A stretch of DNA of 64,000 bases, from the NCBI GenBank assembly GCA_951406725.2, contig OX597831.1, positions 68,758,001-68,822,000 of the forward strand, read 5' to 3'. This DNA comes from Octopus vulgaris (taxonomy: Eukaryota). The translations under genes and the position numbers were made by a program. How positions within the stretch are numbered: the stretch's first letter is position 1; each line of letters begins with the position of its first letter. This document shows positions 54,093 through 64,000 of the stretch, piece by piece. The notes beneath the pieces were generated by a model. That model searched no databases. It had not been told where the DNA came from and worked only from the letters and a program-made list of their open reading frames with translations.

Positions 54093-54754
54093 TTTCTACT
54101 CCTCTAAACTTGTAGAATGTATTTCATCTCATTTTTAAAGTGCAGTTGCTTCACTCACTGTATCACTCCTATAGAGATATTGTACTCACCCTCCTCTGCT
54201 ATGTCTCTTTTCCACTCCTCTTGCAATAAATATTTTTCTCTGTGTTTTTCTCCTTAGACAACATTCTCCTCCTCTGCAATTCGCCACCACCCACTACTTC
54301 TGCCTGTAATTTTTTCAAAATGAAATGCTATTTCATTTCAAAACTTCCACTATAACATGAACTATATATGTAGTTATTTGTGTTGTACTGCCACTGTAGG
54401 CTTATAAAGGATAAGATGATAAGTGTTTCTCATTAAGTTAACTCATTAAAAGTACAAAAACACAAAACCTATTTGAAACAACTACTTCAATAGAATGTAA
54501 TGCAAGTTGAAGTAAATATTTTGATTTTCCAGTAAAATTTAAAAGCTTTACAAATTTTCTATTTTACAATCATAAACATAAAACATGTGTGCATACATAC
54601 ACACTAGACATTAAAAGCATCTAAAGATAAGGTTAATAGTCTAGAAAATTAGAATCTCAGTTCATCTCAAGCATTTAGCCATTTTATTAAAAATACCAAG
54701 TCAAGACAAAGAAAGAACAACAGATGTACTTGTTCAACTTGATACTTACAATGT

Positions 54755-54785
<31 letters not shown>

Positions 54786-54787
54786 AT

Positions 54788-54956
54788 CTACACTCTCGGA
54801 GTGGTTGGCGTTAGGAAGGGCATCCAGCTGTAGAAACACTGCCAGATCTGACTGGCCTGGTGCAGCCTTCGGGCTTGCCAGACCCCGGTTGAACCGTCCA
54901 ACCCTTGCTAGCATGGAAAGCGGACGTTAAACGATGATGATGATGATGATGATGAT
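54788..54956 (+). mobile_element. Short family D 3' end
   Basis: 3' motifs plus (GAT)8 tail, between (TA)n tracts. Confidence 0.88.
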
Positions 54957-55004
54957 ATATATATATATATATATACATATATATATACATATATATATAT
55001 ATAT

Positions 55005-55390
55005 AAACAGTACTTGGAGAAGAAGAACGAAACGAACAAATCAAATCGAATCGACGCGAGGGCGCTCAGTCATACAATAGCGTAATAAATAAAATGTATG
55101 CATACATACATACATATATGTACGTACCTACATCTACATGTATATATACATGCATATATAAATATATATACGTGAGTACAGGACACCACAAGTAGACGTA
55201 GAACTCAATGAGAAACGAAAACGGAAAAACAAGCGTGGAACAGACCATTTTTTTACAACGAAAAACAGAGTACAAGACAAGCTACACAAGGAAAAATCCC
55301 CTTCATCAGCTGTCCCTAGTTCAACTCCAGCGTGTTTCGAAGGTAGGACAGAACACGACTCGTCGAACTAGCCCTTCCTGCGAAGAAATA
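55005..55390 (-). mobile_element. CpG-rich unclassified insert in (TA)n, possibly Penelope-like pLTR
   Basis: Flanked by (TA)n; the minus strand has CTGATGAAGGGG and CGAAAC, but I could not fold a complete hammerhead. Confidence 0.4.
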
Positions 55391-55393
55391 TAC

Positions 55394-55427
<34 letters not shown>

Positions 55428-55860
55428 GTGTATTGGATTAAAGGGGATTTAGAAACATGAGGGTTCCCCCAGCCAGCTCTCCTATGAATACTGCTAAAAG
55501 AATGCCCTAAGTGGACAGTTTTCCATTCAAACTGAAATTCCAAGGAAAATCTGTTAAGTCCAAGAATGGAGTAAATAATATAAATGTAATATTATGACTG
55601 CCATTCTTCAACTTACCATGTGTGTGTGTGTGTACACATGCGTGTGTGTGTTTGTGCTTTCATTTGTCCACCACCACTGCTTGATAACCAGTGTTGGTGT
55701 GTTTACATCTTCATAACTTAGCAGTTTGGCAAATAAGTGCCAGACTTAAAAGTAAAAAAAAGTTTTGAGGTCATTTTATTTGAATAAGATTCTTCAAGGC
55801 AGTGCTCCAGTATGGTCACAGTCTAATGACTGAAACAAGTAATAAAAAAGATAAAAGCTA

Positions 55861-55911
<51 letters not shown>

Positions 55912-56335
55912 TCTACATATATTCTACATATGGCTGCCCTTCTTGTCACCAAATCTCACCTGTTTCTGAAGATGATTATATTTCTCCTTGGCCAGACATG
56001 TTTTCACTGGATGACCCTGCTTATATAACAATGACACTCACTTAAAACCAGCATGCAATGCCAAGACAAGGGGACATAAACACAGATACACACACACACA
56101 CATTCACACTTATATACAGATAAACATGCATACACATGCACATATGTCTATGACAGACTCCATTTAGTTTCCATCTATGAAATCCACTCACAATATTTTG
56201 ATTATTCTGGGACTATCGCAAAAGACAGTTTACTCAAGGTGCCACACTGGGGGCTGAACCTGGAACTATGTAGATGGGAAATAAACTTAGCCATACATCC
56301 ATGCAAGTGTATATATATATATACATATATATATA

Positions 56336-56636
56336 TCACCGTGATCTACCAGGTTATCAGATGTTGTTACACATCGCTGGTCACAATGCGCTTTGCATTG
56401 TTTTTGCCTTCAAATGACGCCACCCCGCTGGCTAAGTGAGCAGGCCAACAGAAGAAAAAGTGAGAGAATGTTATGGCGAAAGAGTACAGCAGGGATTGCC
56501 ACCACCCACTGCCGGAGCCTCGTGGAGCTTTAGGTGTTTTCGCTCAATAAACACTCACAACGCCCGGTCTGGGAATTGAAACCACGATCCTACAACCGTG
56601 AGTCCACTGCTCTAACTACTGGGCCAATTCACCTTC
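56336..56636 (-). mobile_element. SINE family C (tail variant 3)
   Basis: Head and body match 1560-1745; 56336-56455 is a different 3' module. Confidence 0.85.
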
Positions 56637-56640
56637 ACAC

Positions 56641-56753
<113 letters not shown>

Positions 56754-57651
56754 AAATAATTAAGATTCAGTTAAATTAGGTACTTAAGCTGAGGCACCAA
56801 GTCTGTCCAGTATTGTCCGCACAGCTCAGGAGAGTGGCTTATCTCAAATTGACGTAATGTTTGCATTTATTGATTAAACGGAGCCGTAATGCACTAATAC
56901 CTGGATATCCTTGTTACTTATTTGCTGTACTAGGCTTACAATGAATAAGTCCCGGGGTCGATATGTTCGACTAAAGGTGGTGCTCCAGCATGGCCACAGT
57001 CAAATGACTGAAATAAATAAAAGAATATATATATACATCATCATCATCATCATCATCATTCTCATCCTCTCATCCTCATTCTCATCATATCATCATCATC
57101 GTTGTCGTCATCATCATCATCATCATCATCATTATCACTTTATGTTCCTTTTCCATGCTGGTATTGGTAGGATGATTTGACAAGATTTAATGGATTAGAG
57201 AGCCACGTCTTGCTCTAATGTCTTGCTTTCAGGATGGTTCGTATGGCTGGATGCTTTTCCTAACACCAACCCCTTTACAAAGTGTATTGGATGCATTTTT
57301 TCGTGGTACCATCACTATAGAGGCTGCATTGCTATTTGCAAAGCTAAAGAGCTTTTCTGCCCTGGCCACATTGTAACAGTTGAAATGATTTACCAAATAT
57401 GTATGTATAGAGTGTTAGAAGTGGTGTGTAGATATTGAATATTGAGAAAAGAGGGTCATCAGAATTTTGGAAAAAGATTTTTTTTATTTAGTCCTTATTT
57501 TGTTCATCTTTGAACTTGTCAAATAAAATTGTGAATGTGCAAACAGTTTTGTTCATTTATATGTCACGTGATTTTTTTGTATTGTTTGTTTAGAAGAGAA
57601 CATTGTTTTTTTTTTTGTTTTTGTTTTTTGGGGTGAGGTTGCAGGAAAGGG

Positions 57652-57698
<47 letters not shown>
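57652..57698. repeat. (GATA)n tetranucleotide repeat
   Basis: Direct reading. Confidence 0.95.
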
Positions 57699-57699
<1 letters not shown>

Positions 57700-57942
57700 T
57701 GACAGACCAACGGACAGATAGATAGGTAGAGAAAGGGAAGGGGGAGGAATTTCTTTTCAATTTGGAATGTTTTAACCAATTATTTATTTAATCAGATTTT
57801 ATGATTGTATAGCTACTGGCATGAGACATGAGTTGGGGAAAATAATGAAAAAGGGTGAGGCATTTTTTTTTCTTAAGGTGCCAAAAACGAAGATAAGAAG
57901 TTCTATGAAAAATTAAACATATAGGCATATAAATGTGTGTGG

Positions 57943-57978
<36 letters not shown>

Positions 57979-58135
57979 CTGTGAGTTCATGTGTTTGGAA
58001 ATATGTCTATGTCTACACTGTGTAATTTTGATGTTTTGCATTGAAAAATAAAGTCAGTTTTTTTTTTTATTTCATAATTTTGCATGAACAAACATTAGTA
58101 CAATATTCACAAATTAGAAAAACAAAACCCACTGC

Positions 58136-58167
<32 letters not shown>

Positions 58168-58171
<4 letters not shown>

Positions 58172-58345
58172 AGAGTTTATGAAAAAAAAACAAAAGACAA
58201 AGACAGGTGGTGTACAAAACAAACAGATGTATTAGTATAATGCTCAGGAATAGAAAAAGTCTTTTACGTTTCGAGCCTACGCTCTTCTACAGAAAGGGAC
58301 ACAGAAAAAACAAGGAGAGAAAAAATGTGTGTAGTGGCTAACGAT
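58168..58345 (-). mobile_element. Second copy of the 11080-11275 hammerhead-like element
   Basis: Reverse complement of 11096-11273; motif at 58261-58296 with the same CUGUAGA core. Confidence 0.7.
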
Positions 58346-58704
58346 ATATATATACATATACACACACACACACACAATCATATGGGCTTCTTTTCGTTTG
58401 TAACTGATATGCGAGTATGCATGTGGATGCACTAGGTGCACAACAGATTACCATATTGTAGTTAGTGTCCACATTAAGCTCCTTCTCTTATGTGACTTGG
58501 TAGAGGAACATGTATAGTGCATGCACATTGTATGACTGGACAACATGGAGCAGGATGTTGGTAAATTCATTATTTTTGTATCTATTACAATCATTTTAGT
58601 AATAATAACCAAGATCAATGAATAACCACCAATTATGAATTACAACAGATAAAATATGGTCCTTGATCAATATGATTGAATGTATTTTATTAGTTGTAAT
58701 TTAT

Positions 58705-58940
58705 ATATTTCTTTACTACCCACAAGGGGCTAAACATAGAGGGGACAAACAAGGACAGACAAAGGGATTAAGTCGATTACATCGACCCCAGAACGTAACT
58801 GGTACTTATTTTATCGACCCCGAAAGGATGAAAGGCAAAGTCAACCTCAGCGGAATTTGAACCCAGAACACGTAACGGCAGACGAAATACGGCTACGCAT
58901 TTCACCCGGCGTGCTAACGATTCTGCCAGTTCGCTGCCTT
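58705..58940 (-). mobile_element. SINE family B, full length
   Basis: Complete head and tail; TSD TTATTAGTTGTAATTTATA at about 58687-58705 and 58939-58957. Confidence 0.92.
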
Positions 58941-59135
58941 ATTAGTTGTAATTTATAACTTGTGACCGTTCATTGGTCTTGATTAGCAATCACTTAAATA
59001 ATCAAAACTGATATACCTTGCTTCCTTTTATTCTCTCACTGCTGTTTGCTTAGGACTATTGCACTTGATGTGTTCTACACCTACCAACAACTGTAACTTT
59101 TGTTGATTAACAATAATAAAAAAATATATAAAGAA

Positions 59136-59323
59136 AGGTGCAGGCATGGCTTTGTGATGAGAGGCTTGATTTCCAACCACATGGTTCTGAGTTCAGTCCC
59201 ACTGCATGGCATTTTAGGCAAGTGTCTTCTACTATAGCCTTGAGATGACTATAGACTTGTGAGTGGACTTGGTAGATAGAAGCTGAAAGAAACCCATTGT
59301 ATACATATATAAATATATGTGTA

Positions 59324-59368
<45 letters not shown>

Positions 59369-59572
59369 CTTTGTGCCTGTGTTTGTCCTCCACCACCACT
59401 TAACCACTGGTGTTGGTGTGTTTATGGCCCCATAACTTAGTAGTTTAGCAAAAGAAACTGATAGAATGAGTGCCAGACTTTAAAAATAAGCACTGGGGTT
59501 AATTCATTTGACTAAAACTTCTTCAAGGCAGTGCTCCAGCATGGCCACAGTCTAATAACAGAAAAGTAAAAA
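59136..59572 (+). mobile_element. SINE family A, older subfamily
   Basis: Same modular order, diverged. Confidence 0.85.
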
Positions 59573-59665
59573 ATATATATACTCATGATCTGAGTTCTAT
59601 ATTTCTGTTCACATCACCAAACCTATATATAATATACATACATATATATATTATATTTTATGACG

Positions 59666-59744
59666 GACCTCACTGATGAACTGCAGATTAATTGTGTAAG
59701 TAAAATTGCATAATTTATTAACAGTGAAACAATTGTATTTGGTT
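59666..59744 (+). ncRNA. Type-I hammerhead motif with long stem II, within a ~230-bp insert in (TA)n (about 59650-59878)
   Basis: CTGATGA-ACTG...CAGT-GAAAC-AATT-GTA; palindromic ACAATTGT stem III; stem I GACCTCA/TTTGGTT has two mismatches. Confidence 0.65.
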
Positions 59745-59886
59745 AATCTATATTTTTGTTATTTTTCATTTGTCCTGCTCGCTTACGTTCATAGTGTGCT
59801 ATATCCTTCTTGAGAACAATTCTTAGTGGTTGAGACTCATGCGTAAGGGCGCCCACATAGCGGATTCTCTCTCATATTTATGTATG

Positions 59887-59955
<69 letters not shown>

Positions 59956-60338
59956 GAACATGCTTGGCTATGTGATCACAAACTTTTCCTCCTATTCAGG
60001 TTCCCTATCACAATATGGCACATGGAACAAAACCTTTCTAATAAAACCAATAGCAGACTATAGCTTCGTAGATGAAAACTGAAAGATGCCCATCTATATA
60101 TATATATACAATATATTAATAAAGAGATTCAGTTGGCAATTATTGTTTGTAATTTGCATTATACCCATACTTATGTGGTATTCAACTGACGTACCAGTGA
60201 ATTGGATGTTTTACACACCCCTTTGAAGGAATTCCTAAACTTAGTTTATTACTTTATATATATAATTATTTTATTTGCTAAAAAAAAGTCTGAAACCAGG
60301 AGTTAGATGGTAAATGTTTTTATTTTTCATTCCCTTCG

Positions 60339-60725
60339 AAATTTTATCCCTAAATGTGGTTTGGAATTTAACTGTCCTCTCTAGCGTCCAAGCAGTCCTA
60401 TGATAGCTATCTCTTATGTGCTTAAATGTACATTGTATTTATTATCATCATCATTATGTATATATATATATATATATGTATGTATTATGTGTGTATATGT
60501 TTGTGTGTCTGTGTTTGTGCCCCACCCCCAAGAACATCACTTGACAACCGATGCTGGTGTGTTTATGTCCCCGTAACTTTGTGGTTCGGCAAAAGAGACC
60601 AATAGAATAAGTACTTGGCTTACAAAGAATAAGTTTTTAAGTACTGGGGTTGATTTGCTTGACTAAAAAATATGGTGCTGCAGCATGTCCACAGTCAAAT
60701 GACTGAAACAATTAAAAGTAAATGA

Positions 60726-60763
<38 letters not shown>

Positions 60764-61146
60764 TCATTTACTTTTAATTGTTTCAGTCATTTGACTGCGG
60801 ACATGCTGCAGCACCATATTTTTTAGTCAAGCAAATCAACCCCAGTACTTAAAAACTTATTCTTTGTAAGCCAAGTACTTATTCTATTGGTCTCTTTTGC
60901 CGAACCACAAAGTTACGGGGACATAAACACACCAGCATCGGTTGTCAAGTGATGTTCTTGGGGGTGGGGCACAAACACAGACACACAAACATATACACAC
61001 ATAATACATACATATATATATATATATATACATAATGATGATGATAATAAATACAATGTACATTTAAGCACATAAGAGATAGCTATCATAGGACTGCTTG
61101 GACGCTAGAGAGGACAGTTAAATTCCAAACCACATTTAGGGATAAA

Positions 61147-61150
<4 letters not shown>
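60339..61150. repeat. 812-bp spacerless palindrome centred on (TA)18
   Basis: 60339-60726 is the reverse complement of 60763-61150 (one mismatch seen); each arm holds a SINE A 3' half plus a pLTR-like segment. Confidence 0.93.
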
Positions 61151-61180
<30 letters not shown>

Positions 61181-61182
<2 letters not shown>

Positions 61183-61572
61183 TTCTTTTATTTGTTTCTG
61201 TCATTTGACTGTGGCCATGCTGGAGCACTGCCTTAAAAGGTTTTGAGTCAAAGAAATCAACCTCAGGACTTCTTTGTAAGCCTAATACTTATTCTATCAG
61301 TTTGTTTTTTTTGCTGAACCACTAAGTTAAACACACAAGCATCAGTTGCTGAGCAATTGTGGGAGGACAACACAAATACAGAGACACGCACACATAAATA
61401 CACACACATATTCAATGGGCTTCTCTCAGTTTCTGTCTACCAAATTCATTCACAAGGCTTTGGTCAGCCCGAGGCTATAGTAAAAGACACTTGCCCAAGA
61501 TGTTATGCAGTGGGACTGAACTTGGAACCATGTGGTTGGGAAGCAAGCTTATTGCACAGCCATTCCTGCACC
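61181..61572 (-). mobile_element. SINE family A, diverged
   Basis: Head-to-tail match. Confidence 0.88.
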
Positions 61573-62143
61573 CCACACATAATAATCAAGGAGATTGCAG
61601 TCTGGAGAATTAGGTAGTCAGATATTGGGTGTGATGTGGTCACAGAAATTGTGTAACAGCCATAACTGGGCTCTCCTGCTTGTGTGGAATGGTGCAGAGT
61701 CCTGTGGCCAGATGCAGGGTCTTTCAGCAGCCATCCTTTTGACCTGTAGCAGCACTGCCTCTTACAGGCCCTTGATGTTGACCTTTGTGTTGTGTTTGAG
61801 GCCATGTGGGAAGATGAGCATAATGTCACCATCACTAATGATCACTCCAAACACCATGATGTTGACTGGATGTTTGATTTTTATCACTCTTGGTACATGT
61901 CCTCAGATTGCACTGTCTTCAGATTGACACCCAAACACTCTGAAACTTTCGTATTGGAGCTTCCTTTGCAAATGCCAAACACTACATGTCATTTCCAAAT
62001 TTCTTGCCGAATGAATTGTGTCATGGCGCTGCTTTTCTCATAGACAATGCCCAACTGACCTACTATACTGTGTAGTCAGCAAAATCAAAAACAAACTATG
62101 TGCATGCACAAAATAAAAAATATAAATGGTGACAATTTACCCA
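61566..62143 (-). mobile_element. Internally deleted DD37D (maT-type) Tc1/mariner relic
   Basis: Minus strand QD-SAPFHTSRRAQLWLLHNFCDHITPNI*LPNSPDCNLL-DYYVW: exactly 37 residues between the 2nd and 3rd catalytic Asp. 5' region matches 63120-63362. Confidence 0.85.
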
Positions 62144-62164
62144 TATTAGTAGTATATTCATATA

Positions 62165-63372
62165 CTGACAACTCATTTTAACAGATATATTTACCAAAAT
62201 TACATAAAAACATCTTATTCAATAAAATTGCCATTGGCTACAACCACAGCTTCCAGACGACTTTGGAATCTTCTGCAATTCTTCTGGTTGGTTTCCATGT
62301 TTAAGTTGGTGAATGCTGTCATAATCCTTGCCTTCAGTTCATCTTTGGTGTTACAAGGAATTTTGTTGGTCTCTCACTCAATTGTACCTACACATAATAA
62401 AGAGGTTGTAGTCTGGGGGGTTAGATGGCCAGATGTTAGGAGCGATGCGGTTACAGAAATTGTCTGAGAGCCATGACTGGGTTCTCCTGCTCGTGTAGCA
62501 TGGTGCAGAGTCCTGTTGCCAGACATAGGGTCTTCCAGCAGCCACCCTCTTGACCCAGGGCAGGACTACTTCCTCCAGGTACTTGATGTTGGCCTTTGTC
62601 TTGTGTCTGAGGCCATATAGGAAGCTGAATTTAGGCATAATGTCACCATCACTAGTGGTCACTCCAAACACCATGATGTTGACTGGATGTTTGATTTTTA
62701 TCACTCTTGGTACATATTTTGGGAACACAGCAAGCCAACAGTTTTTCTGTGTGTTCACCATCTGATCCTAGCAGAATTTCTTCTTGTCTGAGAAAAACCA
62801 AAGAGGGGACGCTTGAGTTTTTCAAAAACATAGTTCTGTGGTCTTTCCTCTTGACCTTGATGGCTTGGGATAAAAATTATCCCATTCTCATCTTGTATGA
62901 GGAATACTAAATGTCTTCATGCACAGCCTGATGAGAAACTCAGACACTCCCATGTCTCCGGTGATGGATCTGATTGACTTGGAGGGATTGTTGTCAATCA
63001 TGGCCTGGATCTCACCAAGAAATTCAGGAGTTCTTTTCTTATCAAAATGATCAGAGTGAGTTTTCAAAGCTGCTGTACCACTGTAATCCCCATTAGACTC
63101 ATCTAACTCTTTTTGAATCATCTGCACTCTCCTCAGATTGACACTCAAACACTCTGAAATATTCGTATTGGGGCTTCTGGTGTGAATGCCAAGCAGTACA
63201 GCATGTCACTTCCAAATTTCTGGCAGATTGAATTGCATAATGGTGCTGTTTTTCTCACAGGCGGTGCCCAACGGACCCTACCATACTGTGTAGTCAACAA
63301 AATCAAAAACACACAGTGTGCATGTGTAAAATTAAAAATATAAAATGGCAACAATTTACCCATCACACCCTG
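62165..63372 (-). mobile_element. Near-full-length decayed maT-type Tc1/mariner transposon
   Basis: ORFs 62888-63148 (HTH region) and 62378-62761 (IMVFGV...VWQQDSAPCY...WPSNPPDYN); 5' terminus TA|CAGGGTGTGATGGG on the minus strand; the other TIR is not recognisable. Confidence 0.85.
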
Positions 63373-63427
63373 TATATATATGCCTAAACATATATATGTA
63401 TATATATATGCTTAAACACACACACAC

Positions 63428-63468
<41 letters not shown>

Positions 63469-63844
63469 TATATATATATGTATACATATTAAAGTTAACA
63501 GTAGGGAGAAGCTCGATAATCATCATGTAGAAAGAGATTTTTTTTCTTTTGCTGACCAATTTTAAATCTACAAATATACTTAGAAGTGAGCAAAGGGTTG
63601 TTATACTGTCCTTATGCAATATTTTCTTTTTTAAATACACACAAATATTTTAAATATCTCCTACTGAGCTGGTTCAGGAAAAGTGTCTAAGGTCAGCAAG
63701 CAGTGGTGTTGTAATGCTTAAATACCAAGCCCATTCTCTATTGAATATCTAAGTGAGACCATTTCAGTTGTCCTTGACTGTTATTTATTTATGTTAATGA
63801 ATATTCAATGACATTATCCTGAGTAATATCTTCTAACATCTCTC

Positions 63845-64000
63845 TCTTTTACTCTTTTACTTGTTTCAGTCATTTGACTGCGGCCATGCTGGAGCACCGC
63901 CTTTAGTCGAGCAAATCAACCCCAGGACTTATTCATTGTAAGCCTAGTACTTATTCTATCGGGCTCCTTTTACCGAACCGCTAAGTTATGGGGACGTAAA
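63845..64000 (-). mobile_element. SINE family A 3' part, cut by the window edge
   Basis: (CTTTTACT)n tail and family A 3' motifs. Confidence 0.9.

Noticed and set aside
55295-55375. Hammerhead on the minus strand of the 55005-55390 insert
   Set aside because: CTGATGA and GAAAC are present but I could not assemble consistent stems in any topology.

Overview
Non-bacterial, AT-rich, repeat-dense metazoan DNA, most likely an octopus/coleoid cephalopod genome (inferred from the SINE families and the very heavy (TA)n/(CA)n load). I cannot support any host protein-coding exon. Nearly all ORFs in the track are translations of microsatellites or of repeats. The real coding relics are all transposon-derived: a near-full-length but disabled RTE/BovB-type LINE (14206-18187), a young 5'-truncated CR1-group LINE with an intact RT ORF (50972-53015, minus), several decayed RTE/CR1 LINEs and two DD37D (maT-type) Tc1/mariner relics. 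There are also four SINE families and many 5'-truncated RTE 3'-UTR copies. The most interesting layer is not in the ORF track. It is a set of non-coding fold-back elements inserted in (TA)n tracts, several carrying minimal type-I hammerhead ribozyme motifs with palindromic stem III, the signature of Penelope-like element pLTRs. The largest is a ~5.3 kb ORF-less element (33846-39144) with one hammerhead in each ~230 bp inverted terminal repeat. Also notable: a SINE-LINE pair sharing a covarying 3' hairpin, and three cases of local sequence being copied into (TA)n tracts. All calls were made by eye; coordinates of decayed repeats are approximate.
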